From NCBI GenBank assembly GCA_947642455.1, contig CANRSN010000001.1:20773-84772 (forward strand): a DNA stretch of 64,000 nucleotides, given 5' to 3'. This stretch comes from an uncultured Clostridiaceae bacterium. GTDB lineage: Bacteria; Bacillota; Clostridia; TANB77; CAG-508. Below, piece by piece: positions 30,161 to 40,239 of the stretch; position 1 is the stretch's first letter; each line of letters starts with the position of its first letter. The notes beneath the pieces were generated by a model, which saw only the letters and a list, made by a program, of their open reading frames with translations, did no database searches and had not been told where the DNA came from. The translations under genes and the position numbers were made by a program.

Positions 30161-31173
30161 CCTTCAAATGCTTCTATCATTTTATCTACTGCTTTATTTT
30201 TCACAAATTGCTCTGCTTGCTTTATAGTAAACTCAAATAGTTTTTCATCACTACTACCATGTGCTTTAATAACTGGTTTTTTCACTCCCAAAAATAATGC
30301 TCCACCATATTCTTTATAGTCCATCGCTTTTGAAAGTGCATTTATGGATGGCATTGCAGGTAATGCACCTAACATAGTAAATATATTTTTCTTTATACTC
30401 TCTGTTAATGTTCTTTTTACTAATTTTCCTATTCCTTCAACAGTTTTTAAGAATACATTTCCAGTAAAACCATCTGCTACTAATATGTCTAATTCCCCAG
30501 AAAAGGCATCTCTTCCTTCAACACTTCCCACAAAATTAATACCTAACTCATTTGCCCTTTCTTTTAATAGTGCATATGATTCTCTTACTAATTCATTTCC
30601 TTTGGTTTCTTCTGTTCCTATATTTAGTAGCCCAACTGTTGGATTTTCCTTTCCAAATGTATTTTTTTGATATATTGTAGCCATTTGTGCAAATTGTAAT
30701 AAATTAATTGGTTTACAATTGGTATTTGAACCACAATCTATTAACATTAACCTACTTTTATATGCTGGCAATATTCCTGCTAGTGCTGGTCTATCTATTC
30801 CTTTTATTCTTCCTACTAAAAGAGTAGCTCCTGTTAATAATGCTCCTGAATTTCCTGCAGATATAAATACATCTCCCTTTCCTTCTTTTAATAGGTTAAA
30901 ACCTACTACCATTGATGAATCTTTTTTGTGCTTTATTGCTTGTGTTGGTATATCACACATTTCTATAGTTTCTGTTGTATGATGTATTTTTAACCTTGGT
31001 GAAATTTCTCCTATTTCATTTTTTCCATATAGTTCTTTTACTCTATTATTTATTATTTCTTTATTACCTATTAGTAATACTTCTGCTTCTATTTGATTTA
31101 TTGCCTTTATAGCTCCTTTTATGTTTGCATCTGGAGCATTATCTCCTCCCATTGCATCTAATAATATTATCAT
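30154..31173 (-). CDS. plsX: Phosphate acyltransferase
   Basis: DAMGGDNAP, SAGNSGA, DGFTGNV, KAHGSS. Confidence 0.95.
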   Translation of the reverse strand: MIILLDAMGGDNAPDANIKGAIKAINQIEAEVLLIGNKEIINNRVKELYGKNEIGEISPRLKIHHTTETIEMCDIPTQAIKHKKDSSMVVGFNLLKEGKGDVFISAGNSGALLTGATLLVGRIKGIDRPALAGILPAYKSRLMLIDCGSNTNCKPINLLQFAQMATIYQKNTFGKENPTVGLLNIGTEETKGNELVRESYALLKERANELGINFVGSVEGRDAFSGELDILVADGFTGNVFLKTVEGIGKLVKRTLTESIKKNIFTMLGALPAMPSINALSKAMDYKEYGGALFLGVKKPVIKAHGSSDEKLFEFTIKQAEQFVKNKAVDKMIEAFEGK

Positions 31174-31336
31174 TCTTGTTTCTCCCCTTTAGGAATATAA
31201 ATTTTAATATAATATATATTTTTATTTCAACATTTTATAACTTATATTTTACAAAGTCAATTAAATCTTTGTAATTTTATTATTTATTTTTATCTTTTAC
31301 AATACTATTGACCAATTAGTCTATGCTATTTTTTGC

Positions 31337-31514
31337 TTACATTCACAGCCCAATTTCTATTTAGGCAATATAATATTTATTTTAACGAAGTTTTGCGCAG
31401 GGAAGCTCCCAGAGTGGACATGACCCAGAGCGATTGGCGAAGCCAGTAAAAAACTTCGTTAAAATAAATATTATATTGCCTAAAATATATAATTTTATAA
31501 ACTGTGAATTGTAA
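31337..31514 (+). repeat. Palindromic element family A, full copy (core 31387-31457)
   Basis: Perfect inner IR TTTAGGCAATATAATATTTATTTTAACGAAGTTTT; conserved core. Confidence 0.9.
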
Positions 31515-31630
31515 CATTTTTTGTGTTACTATAATAATATTACAAATTTATTACAAATTCTATTATTTATTGATAAGATTAAAACATTAATATATAATTA
31601 TTTTAATATTATTGAAAGGATTTATTTAAT

Positions 31631-31981
31631 ATGTTAAAAAATAATAAAGGCATAACTTTAATTTCTTTATCTATAACTATTATTGTATTGTTAATATTAT
31701 TAAGTGTTACTTTTGAATATACACTTGGTGAAAATAGTATTCTTGATTCATCTACAGAGTATAAAAATTCTGCTGAAAAAAGTATAGTAAAAGATGAGAT
31801 TGAAAATATTTTATTAAAATATAAAATGGCAAATATGGATACTGGAATTTCTATTATAGATTATTTTACTAATTTAAGTGATATTACTAGTATTACAGAT
31901 AATGGTAATAATACTTACACTGTAGTTAAAGATGGAGTTAGTGTTATTGTTAGAGATTTTAAAATTATAGATGTAAAGTAA
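31631..31981 (+). CDS. Type IV pilin-like protein
   Basis: Class III signal peptide KG|ITLISLSITIIVLLIL. Confidence 0.7.
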   Translation: MLKNNKGITLISLSITIIVLLILLSVTFEYTLGENSILDSSTEYKNSAEKSIVKDEIENILLKYKMANMDTGISIIDYFTNLSDITSITDNGNNTYTVVKDGVSVIVRDFKIIDVK

Positions 31982-32062
31982 TCTTGCGTGGAATGTTTGC
32001 TGAACTTTTATATGACTTAGAAAGTATAACCATTTGTTATACTTTCTAAGTCATATAAAAAA
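31982..32062. repeat. Family B 3' fragment with terminal hairpin
   Basis: TTGCGTGGAATGTTTGCTGAACTTTTATAT...AAAGTATAAC-GTTATACTTT...ATATAAAA matches 50902-50978. Confidence 0.7.
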
Positions 32063-32112
32063 TCAATAGGGTTTCTATTATAGAAACCCTATTGTAAGGA
32101 GTAAATGTAACT

Positions 32113-32463
32113 TTACTTGTCATAGTCCTCATACATCTTTGCAAACTCCGCTTCGTTAATTTCCTTACACTCTTTCGCCAAAAGCGAAATAAACTTATCT
32201 TCGATAGGATGACCAAAACCATATAAGCAACTACCAATTTTCACTTTGCGGATTATCTTTCCATTTAAGTCTTCTAGCTGATGTGATTCTGTATAGTTCA
32301 TAAGTTTTATCAACCTTTGAAGATCTAATTGGTCTTCTAATCTAAAACTCCAATCAACACTATCGTATTCATCCCGCAAAGACACCTTCACAACAAAGTT
32401 GTCGTTGTCTTGCCCCACCAATTTTGCAGTTACATCTTCAATTCTTACATTCATGATTTCCAT
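32113..32463 (-). CDS. Hypothetical protein (ORFan), 116 aa
   Basis: AAGGAGG RBS; more G/C-ending codons than neighbours. Confidence 0.7.
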   Translation of the reverse strand: MEIMNVRIEDVTAKLVGQDNDNFVVKVSLRDEYDSVDWSFRLEDQLDLQRLIKLMNYTESHQLEDLNGKIIRKVKIGSCLYGFGHPIEDKFISLLAKECKEINEAEFAKMYEDYDK

Positions 32464-32578
32464 AGAGTATCCTCCTTAATTTTTATGATTCCATAAAAGT
32501 AACTATTTATATTATATTACAAATTAACATAAAATGCAAGTTAATTATTTTTTAGTTGTTTTTTTTCACTTCTTTACT

Positions 32579-34384
32579 CTAAATTGGTATTAGCACCACT
32601 CTAAATCCATCACTATATTCTCCAATACCTATATCATTTTTTTGATTTTCTTCTTCACTTTTTTGATATACAGTTACATATTTATTACTTGTCGTTTTTA
32701 GTTTATCTCCATCATATGCCAAAGACTCTGCATATTTTTTTAAATTTTCGTCATCTTCTATTGCTATATATGATGCCATCTCTTCCTTTCCTCCACCATT
32801 TAAGTCATATACACCATATATGTTTCCATTATTACTTGCATTTTGACCTGTTTTTTGATTCCAAGTATATACTCCATCTTTAGCTGTATTTTCTATTGTA
32901 CTATTAATGTTGTCTATTGTAGTTTGTTTTTCATCTTCTTCTCCAGTAGTACATCCAGTAACTGAATATACACTATCTATTCCTTCTTTTCCAGAGGCTT
33001 GTGTTCTTTTTCTATTACCACTATTTATATTTATATTATTTTTTGCAATACTTGCCCCTTCTAATCCATATTGACTTTTACCTAAAAATTCACATGCCTG
33101 CCATTCACTATTTTTCATTAAATGGCTGTCTATTGTATCTTTTGTAAAACCATAAATATTTCCTTCATCTGTTAATGCTCTTGAGATATTATATGAATCA
33201 TTTACATTAATGTAATTCATACTGTATGTTAGCCCTTGAAATACAGGATATTTTATTTGTGTTTCTTTTTCTGCATAAATTCCATCTAGCCAATTTCTAG
33301 CACTTTGATTACTATCTTGACTTGTTCCTGCCTCTACCGCTTTTACCAATGACATTGTTTGAGTATAATTTATATTACTTTTAACAACATTTACATCATT
33401 GTTTCCGCTAGCATACCCAGCCTCAAATTTTGCAACCCAAATACCTCTAATCTCATTGTCCCAACCACCATTAACATATTGTATGTCACTCTCGTTTGTA
33501 AAAGCTGGATGTACTATATATTCATCTTCTTGTTCGGAAATTCTTTTTGCTGTTTTTATATTTCCTTCTTTATCGTAATATTGGTCTGTTGTGCCTATTA
33601 AAAATACTATATCTGTTTTTTGATTTTCAATGTCTATTTTATATGCAAACCTTGGTATCCATACCCACATACTACCATCTTTACTTTGTGCATTTGCCCA
33701 TCTTTTTTCTCCATAGTTATACCATTGTAAGTCTTCATCATTTGTTAATATTTTTTGACCTTTTTGTGTATCTGTGGGATCTTCAAATTTTATTGCTTTC
33801 ATTCCATCTACTAATACAGGTTCATTTGCCTCACCTAGTTCATATATTTTTTTTACTATATTCATTTCTAGTGTAGATGATTTTTCTACTCCATATGTTG
33901 TTGCTACTACTTGTGCTATATATTTTGTATTCTTATTTATTATAAAAGTTTTATCTGATTGCTTGTCTCCTATTACCTCTGAATTTGCTTCTATTATTTC
34001 ACCACTCTCATTTTTTAGTATAATTTGATTTATTTCTTCTAATTCTTTTTTATTAGAAATTTTTATTGTTACTGCTATTTGTTTGTATCTTTCATTTTCT
34101 GATATTTCTTGTCCATTTGTTTGATATAACCTTGCTTCTATTTCTGGCACTGTTGCTCCTTTATTTAACATTATAGATTGATATACTTCTTCTATTTTAT
34201 TTACATCTGCTCCATATATTTCTTTTATTTTTATGTCACTTTCTAATTGTGCCTGTTGTAATGCCATTATTAATGAAAACACTGCCATTAGTACTATTAC
34301 AAATCCTAATATTGTAACTACTATTAAGACTGATATTGAACCTTTATCATTTTTTAAATTAGATTTTCTTCTGTTTTTTTTCAT
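32579..34384 (-). CDS. Pilin-like N-terminal-anchored surface protein, 601 aa
   Basis: KG|SISVLIV hydrophobic N-terminus; WVWIPRFAY, KFEA, GVYDLNGG, GFR motifs (FGE-sulfatase-like fold by inference). Confidence 0.65.
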   Translation of the reverse strand: MKKNRRKSNLKNDKGSISVLIVVTILGFVIVLMAVFSLIMALQQAQLESDIKIKEIYGADVNKIEEVYQSIMLNKGATVPEIEARLYQTNGQEISENERYKQIAVTIKISNKKELEEINQIILKNESGEIIEANSEVIGDKQSDKTFIINKNTKYIAQVVATTYGVEKSSTLEMNIVKKIYELGEANEPVLVDGMKAIKFEDPTDTQKGQKILTNDEDLQWYNYGEKRWANAQSKDGSMWVWIPRFAYKIDIENQKTDIVFLIGTTDQYYDKEGNIKTAKRISEQEDEYIVHPAFTNESDIQYVNGGWDNEIRGIWVAKFEAGYASGNNDVNVVKSNINYTQTMSLVKAVEAGTSQDSNQSARNWLDGIYAEKETQIKYPVFQGLTYSMNYINVNDSYNISRALTDEGNIYGFTKDTIDSHLMKNSEWQACEFLGKSQYGLEGASIAKNNININSGNRKRTQASGKEGIDSVYSVTGCTTGEEDEKQTTIDNINSTIENTAKDGVYTWNQKTGQNASNNGNIYGVYDLNGGGKEEMASYIAIEDDENLKKYAESLAYDGDKLKTTSNKYVTVYQKSEEENQKNDIGIGEYSDGFRVVLIPI

Positions 34385-34440
34385 TTATATACCATCCTTG
34401 TTTTTAATTTGTTTTATATAGAATAATTGTAACAATTATT

Positions 34441-35727
34441 CTATATATTTGTAAGATCTAAAATCCACTCTATCCAGCCTCTTATAGTAGAAGATCTTCT
34501 TATATATGTACTTTCTTTTTTTACATTATATAGATTAGATTTTTTCATTATTTGTATTGTTTCACTAACTGTTGGTCTTTCTAGCTTTTCTAAATATAGT
34601 TGCAGATAATTAAAAAAAACTTTATGTTTTAAAATTAACTTTACAAGTTCTAATTGCCTTTGCTTATATTTTAATTTCAAAATTCTTCTTCCTTCTTCAG
34701 TTAAGGTAAATACTATATTACTTTTATCTTTATGTTTATTTATTAAGCCTAGATATCTTCCAGCATCTGTATAATAATTCGTTTGTCTTTCATCAAACGC
34801 ATAATTTTCTGTAATTTGATTTTTATTTTTTGCCCCACTAAATAGTAATTCACACAAATTTATTACTCTATTAAAAGAATCCGCTTGAGGGAATGCAACT
34901 TTTGGTTCATCTATAAATTCATTTATATTTTTAAATATCTTTTCAATATCTTGTAAATCTATCTGTGTACTTTCTATACTATATCTTTTACTCTTTACAA
35001 ATTTAATAGAACTATAATCTCCTTCGTGCTCAAATTTATATTCATAAATATTAAAAATATCATTTGAATATACTATATATAAAGACCTAACTGGTTTATT
35101 TATTTTACTTTTCCATAGTCTATATGGATAATATAATTGTCTAACTATAAAGTCATCTGAAATTACATTTTTAGCTTCAATTAAAGTAAAACTATTTATT
35201 CCTTCATAACCTCCATCTATTTCTATTCTTGAATTTTGAACATGTACATTTATATATTTATCTGCATTTGTATTTACTTTAAATTCAAAATTTCCAGACC
35301 CCATTTTACCACTAATAGTAGGTACCAGCTCTTCTTCTAAAAAGTGTTCTAAAATTTTTGTAATATATGCACAATTAATTGCTAATGATTCACTTGTTAT
35401 ATTATTATAGTCTAAACTCTCAATATACTCTGGGAAGTTAATTTTAATGATTTCTTGTTCTTCTATCTTTTCAAATTTTTTATAAAGTTGAAATCTTGCA
35501 ATCATGTAACTATTACTTGTTATTGGTAATATGCTAAGTTTATTCTTTTTAAATATTTCTGGCAAATTTGAAGAGTTATCAAATTTTGTCATTAGTCTAG
35601 CTTCTCTATATTCGTTTATATCTTTAGCTGTTATTTTAAAATATCCTTTTTGATTAACTTCTTCTATTATATTATATTCTTTAAATAATAATTGCCAAGC
35701 TTCTTTATTAGTTGCACATCTACTCAT
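34441..35727 (-). CDS. Putative type II restriction endonuclease (PD-(D/E)xK)
   Basis: EIDGGYEG...LIEAKN motif; start overlaps the MTase stop. Confidence 0.65.
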   Translation of the reverse strand: MSRCATNKEAWQLLFKEYNIIEEVNQKGYFKITAKDINEYREARLMTKFDNSSNLPEIFKKNKLSILPITSNSYMIARFQLYKKFEKIEEQEIIKINFPEYIESLDYNNITSESLAINCAYITKILEHFLEEELVPTISGKMGSGNFEFKVNTNADKYINVHVQNSRIEIDGGYEGINSFTLIEAKNVISDDFIVRQLYYPYRLWKSKINKPVRSLYIVYSNDIFNIYEYKFEHEGDYSSIKFVKSKRYSIESTQIDLQDIEKIFKNINEFIDEPKVAFPQADSFNRVINLCELLFSGAKNKNQITENYAFDERQTNYYTDAGRYLGLINKHKDKSNIVFTLTEEGRRILKLKYKQRQLELVKLILKHKVFFNYLQLYLEKLERPTVSETIQIMKKSNLYNVKKESTYIRRSSTIRGWIEWILDLTNI

Positions 35728-36575
35728 AATTCCTTATTAGCACCTCGCTTATTAATCCCCTATTACTTCCATTACTATTGATTGCTCTTTTTGCTTTAAT
35801 TTCAATAATATCATAATTTTTATATAATTCTCTAATAAATTCACAATCTGAATTTGATAATAGGAATTTAACACCTTTTTTATTTAACAACTCACACAAT
35901 TCTTTTAATCTTATTTGCTCATTTTCATTAAATCCACTTTCATTATAACCTGTAAAATTAGATGTCTTTGATATTGGAACATAAGGTGGATCAAAATAAA
36001 CAAAGTCACCTTTTTTAGCTGTTTTGACAGCATTTTCGAAGTCCCCGTTAAAAAATTTAATATCTGATTTATTAAAATATTTATTTACTGCTCTTAGAGT
36101 AATTTCATTGATTATACTAGGATTTTTATAACTACCAAATGGTGAATTAAATTCTCCCATACTATTAACTCTATATAATCCATTATAACATGTTTTATTT
36201 AAATATAATATTCTAGCTGCCCTTTCAATACCAGTCATCTTATTATATTCTTTTGGATCTCTATCTATTTCTCTTATTTTATAATAACATTCAGCTGTAT
36301 TTGAATATTTTTCTGAATTTGATAATTGTTGTATTAATTCTTCAAGATTGTTTTGTATTACACTATATACATTTATTAATTCTTTATTGATATCATTTAC
36401 TATTGCCTTTTCTGGTTGAAGTTCAAATAATACTGCACCTCCCCCTATAAATGGCTCAAAATATGTATTAAACTTTTGTGGACAATACTTTTTTATTTCA
36501 GATAATAGTTGCCTTTTTCCGCCCTACCCATTTAACCACTGGTGCAACTAATTTATTTTTTTTTTGTACAGACAT
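35720..36575 (-). CDS. Dam/DpnM-family adenine methyltransferase containing a +1 frameshift at 36521 (CGG-A)
   Basis: ATG 36575 with AGGAGG; KWVG-(c)-GKRQ, EPFIGGG, NKTCYNGLYRVN, DPPY; the ORF track gives only 35720-36238. Confidence 0.88.
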
Positions 36576-36723
36576 AAAAAACCTCCTAGTATAATATAGT
36601 TACTTCTAAAATAACTAATTTATTATCTCATTTTTTATTCTTAAGTATAATATCACAACTTTATAAAATAATCAATAGTTTTTACAAAACTATTGTTTGT
36701 TTTTGTTAAAAACTTTTTTTACC

Positions 36724-36752
36724 TTGACATTATCAATATTTAAACATATAAT
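36724..36752 (+). promoter_or_regulatory. Consensus sigma70 promoter of the por operon
   Basis: TTGACA-17bp-TATAAT. Confidence 0.8.
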
Positions 36753-36821
36753 CTAAGCACAAGGAAAATTGACCTTGTTGTATAGTAACATACTATACAA
36801 TAAAAAGAAAGGATGATTTTA

Positions 36822-37400
36822 ATGGAAGATATGATTGAAATTAGATGGCATGGTAGAGGTGGTCAAGGTGCAAAAACAGCATCACTTTTACTTGCAGATG
36901 CAGCATTTAATACAGGCAAGTATATTCAAGGATTTCCTGAATATGGTCCAGAGAGAATGGGTGCTCCAATAACAGCATATAACCGTATTAGTACATCACC
37001 AATTAGAATTCATAGTAACATATATGAACCAGATTATGTAGTTGTTGTAGATGATACATTATTAGAATCTGTTAATGTTACTGCTGGTCTAAAAGAAAGT
37101 GGTGCAATCATAATCAACACAACAAAAGATGTTGATTACCTAACCAAAACATTAAAAGGTTACAAAGGGGCTGTATATACAATTGATGCAAGAAAAATAT
37201 CAGAAGAAGCTCTAGGAAAATACTTTCCTAACACTCCTATGCTTGCAGCAATAGTAAAAGTATCAGGAATAATGACAGATGAAGAATTTTTAGAGGATAT
37301 GAAAGGTTCCTTTAAACACAAATTTGCAAAAAAACCAGAAGTTATAGAAGGAAATATGAAAGCTTTGCAAATGTCTTTAAAGGAAGTTAAAAAAATTTAA
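36822..37400 (+). CDS. porC: 2-oxoacid (pyruvate):ferredoxin oxidoreductase gamma subunit
   Basis: HGRGGQG, YGPERMGAP. Confidence 0.92.
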   Translation: MEDMIEIRWHGRGGQGAKTASLLLADAAFNTGKYIQGFPEYGPERMGAPITAYNRISTSPIRIHSNIYEPDYVVVVDDTLLESVNVTAGLKESGAIIINTTKDVDYLTKTLKGYKGAVYTIDARKISEEALGKYFPNTPMLAAIVKVSGIMTDEEFLEDMKGSFKHKFAKKPEVIEGNMKALQMSLKEVKKI

Positions 37401-37517
37401 TTTCATACAAAATATATAAAGTATTTAATAAACTTATACAAAACAAGGAGGAAAAGTTGAGAAATAATTACAATTTTCCAACCAATTTGTGCCTTGAGAA
37501 GGGAATGTGATTAAAAA

Positions 37518-37817
37518 ATGGTTAATATAAATAAAAACTCTCCTGCATGTGAAATGACACAAGGTGGAGACATATATGATGCTGGAAATGCCATAAATTT
37601 TAAAACTGGAGATTGGAGAAGTATAAAACCTATATTTCTATCTGACAAATGCAAACAATGTGGACTTTGTTTTCCTGTTTGCCCAGATAATGCCATACCA
37701 GTAGGGAAAGATCAAAAAAGAACAGATTTTAATTATGACTATTGCAAAGGTTGTGGTGTATGTGCCAAAACTTGTCCTTTTGGAGCAATAGAAATGAAAG
37801 AAGAGGGGGAAAAGTAA
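37518..37817 (+). CDS. porD: 2-oxoacid:ferredoxin oxidoreductase delta subunit
   Basis: TGDWR, two CxxCxxCxxxCP motifs. Confidence 0.92.
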   Translation: MVNINKNSPACEMTQGGDIYDAGNAINFKTGDWRSIKPIFLSDKCKQCGLCFPVCPDNAIPVGKDQKRTDFNYDYCKGCGVCAKTCPFGAIEMKEEGEK

Positions 37818-39017
37818 ATGGGAATTAGAGAACGTTTAAGTGGTAATGAAGCCTCAGCAGTTGCAATGAAACAAATAAACCCTGATGTAGTTGCTGCCTT
37901 TCCAATAACACCTTCAACAGAAATACCACAATATTTTTCAACATTTGTAAGTAATGGTGATGTTGATACAGAGTTTGTAGCAGTTGAAAGTGAGCATAGT
38001 GCTATGAGTGCATGTATTGGTGCAGAAGCTGCTGGCGGAAGAGCAATGACTGCTACATCTTCAAATGGTCTTGCATTAATGTGGGAAATGATATATATAG
38101 CTTCATCTTTAAGATTACCTATAGTAATGCCTTTAGTAAACCGTGCTGTATCAGGTCCATTAAATATCCACAATGATCATTCAGATGCTATGGGAATTCG
38201 TGACAGTGGTTGGATAATGCTATTTTCAGAAAATAATCAAGAAGCATATGACAACTTAATAATGGCACACAGAATAGCAGAACACAAAGATGTAAGATTA
38301 CCTCTTACAGTATGCCAAGATGGTTTTATCACTTCACATTCAATCGAAAATATTGAATTAATTGAAGATGAAAAAGTAAAAGAATTTGTTGGAACATATA
38401 AACCTGAACATTACCTACTAAATAAAAAAGAACCTATAGCAATAGGTCCATTAGATTTACAATCATATCTATTTGAACATAAATATCAACAAGCAGAAGC
38501 AATGAGAGCAGCAAAAAAAGTAATTGAACAAGTTTCTTCTGAATTTGAAAAACTAACAGGTAGAAAATATTCATTATTTGAAGAATATAAATTAGATGAT
38601 GCAGAAATAGCTATAGTTTGTATGAATTCAACTGCTGGAACTACAAAAGTTGTTGTTGATGAACTAAGAAGTCAAGGTATAAAGGCAGGTCTTTTGAAAA
38701 TAAGAGTTTTCAGACCATTCCCTGCTGAAGAAATTTCAAAAGCCTTGTCTCATCTAAAAGCTGTAGCAGTTTTAGATAAAGCAGATTCTTTAAATTCTGT
38801 TGGTGGAGCACTATTTACAGATGTTACATCTGGAATGTATGTAAATAATATACATGTACCTACTGTAAATTATGTATATGGTATTGGTGGTAGAGATACT
38901 ACTGCAAAAGATATTCATGGTGTTTACTCAGATTTACAAGAAATTGCAAAAAAATATGATACAAAATCAACTATAAAAGTTGAAAATCCATATAGATATT
39001 TTGGCTTAAGAAAGTAA
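37818..39017 (+). CDS. porA: 2-oxoacid:ferredoxin oxidoreductase alpha subunit
   Basis: FPITPS, ESEHSAMS, DGFITSH. Confidence 0.93.
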   Translation: MGIRERLSGNEASAVAMKQINPDVVAAFPITPSTEIPQYFSTFVSNGDVDTEFVAVESEHSAMSACIGAEAAGGRAMTATSSNGLALMWEMIYIASSLRLPIVMPLVNRAVSGPLNIHNDHSDAMGIRDSGWIMLFSENNQEAYDNLIMAHRIAEHKDVRLPLTVCQDGFITSHSIENIELIEDEKVKEFVGTYKPEHYLLNKKEPIAIGPLDLQSYLFEHKYQQAEAMRAAKKVIEQVSSEFEKLTGRKYSLFEEYKLDDAEIAIVCMNSTAGTTKVVVDELRSQGIKAGLLKIRVFRPFPAEEISKALSHLKAVAVLDKADSLNSVGGALFTDVTSGMYVNNIHVPTVNYVYGIGGRDTTAKDIHGVYSDLQEIAKKYDTKSTIKVENPYRYFGLRK

Positions 39018-39195
39018 CTTTAGTTTGAAATAAATTAGAACTAAATTATTTCAAACAAATCAATATTATATTAAATTTAGTTTTTTACTAAAAATTAATA
39101 TTTACATCTAAATATAAATAATTATATTTGCTTACAAGCAATACATCTGAATAATTAAATTAAAAAATGTAAATAATTGAAAGGAGATATTTAAA

Positions 39196-40152
39196 ATGGC
39201 ATATAATTTAAAAGAAATCATTGCAAACAAACCTGTAAGGTTTACATCTGGCCATAGAATGTGTGCTGGTTGTGGTGCTCCACCAGTTGCTAGAATGATT
39301 ATGAGAGCATTAAAAGAAGAAGACCACGCAGTTGTTTCAAATGCAACTGGTTGTATGGAAGTATCTACATTTATTTATCCATACACAGCTTGGACTGATT
39401 CATACATTCATACTGCTTTCGAATGTGCTAGTGCCACATGTTCTGGTGCTGAAGCAGCATACAAAGCTATGAAAAGACAAGGAAAATTACCTAAGGATGA
39501 ACATACAAAATTTATTACTTTTGGTGGAGATGGTGGAACATATGATATCGGTATTCAAAGTTTATCTGGTGCAATGGAAAGAGGTCATGATATGACTTAT
39601 GTTTGCTATGATAATGGAGCTTACATGAATACAGGCATTCAACGTTCATCTGCAACACCTCATTTTGCAGATACTACAACTTCTCCTGCTGGAAAAGTTG
39701 TACCTGGAAAAATGCAACCAAGAAAAGATTTAACTGAAATAATGGCTTCACATCATTTACCATATGTTGCTCAAACAATAGCTGTTAATAATTTTAAAGA
39801 TTTATATGAAAAAGCTGAAAAGGCAATATATACTGAAGGTCCTACTTTCTTAAATGTTTTAGCACCTTGTCCTAGAGGTTGGGGATATCCTACAGATATG
39901 TTAATGCAAATTAATAAATTAGCTGTAGATACATGTTACTGGCCTTTATATGAAGTTGTTGATGGTAAATATAAAATAACATATAAACCAGCTAAAAAAC
40001 TTCCTGTTGAAGAATTTTTAAAACCTCAAAGACGTTTTGCTCACATGTTCAAACCAGGAAATGAATGGATGATTGAAGAATTCCAAAAAGAAGTTGATAA
40101 AAGATGGCAAGAACTTTTGAATCTAGAAGAAATTACTAATAAAGAAGAATAA
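39196..40152 (+). CDS. porB: 2-oxoacid:ferredoxin oxidoreductase beta subunit (TPP-binding)
   Basis: CAGCG, GGDGG..DIG, YDNGAYMNTGIQRS. Confidence 0.93.
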   Translation: MAYNLKEIIANKPVRFTSGHRMCAGCGAPPVARMIMRALKEEDHAVVSNATGCMEVSTFIYPYTAWTDSYIHTAFECASATCSGAEAAYKAMKRQGKLPKDEHTKFITFGGDGGTYDIGIQSLSGAMERGHDMTYVCYDNGAYMNTGIQRSSATPHFADTTTSPAGKVVPGKMQPRKDLTEIMASHHLPYVAQTIAVNNFKDLYEKAEKAIYTEGPTFLNVLAPCPRGWGYPTDMLMQINKLAVDTCYWPLYEVVDGKYKITYKPAKKLPVEEFLKPQRRFAHMFKPGNEWMIEEFQKEVDKRWQELLNLEEITNKEE

Positions 40153-40176
40153 ATTTAATAAATGACTATGTCTGGC

Positions 40177-40215
40177 AAAATCCGGATTTCTGGGATTCCC
40201 CAAAGTCCGGATTTT
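40177..40215 (+). terminator. Terminator-like hairpin after porB
   Basis: AAAATCCGGATTTCTGGG-attc-CCCAAAGTCCGGATTTT. Confidence 0.65.
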
Positions 40216-40239
40216 CAGATGTTTTAGATAGGGGGTAAT

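Noticed and set aside
36556-36565. A10 tract as the cause of the MTase frameshift
   Set aside because: With A10 the conserved NKLVAPVVKWVG is already in frame with the ATG; the break is downstream at GGG-CGG-A
31631-36575. Prophage or integrative element
   Set aside because: No integrase, phage structural genes or att repeats seen
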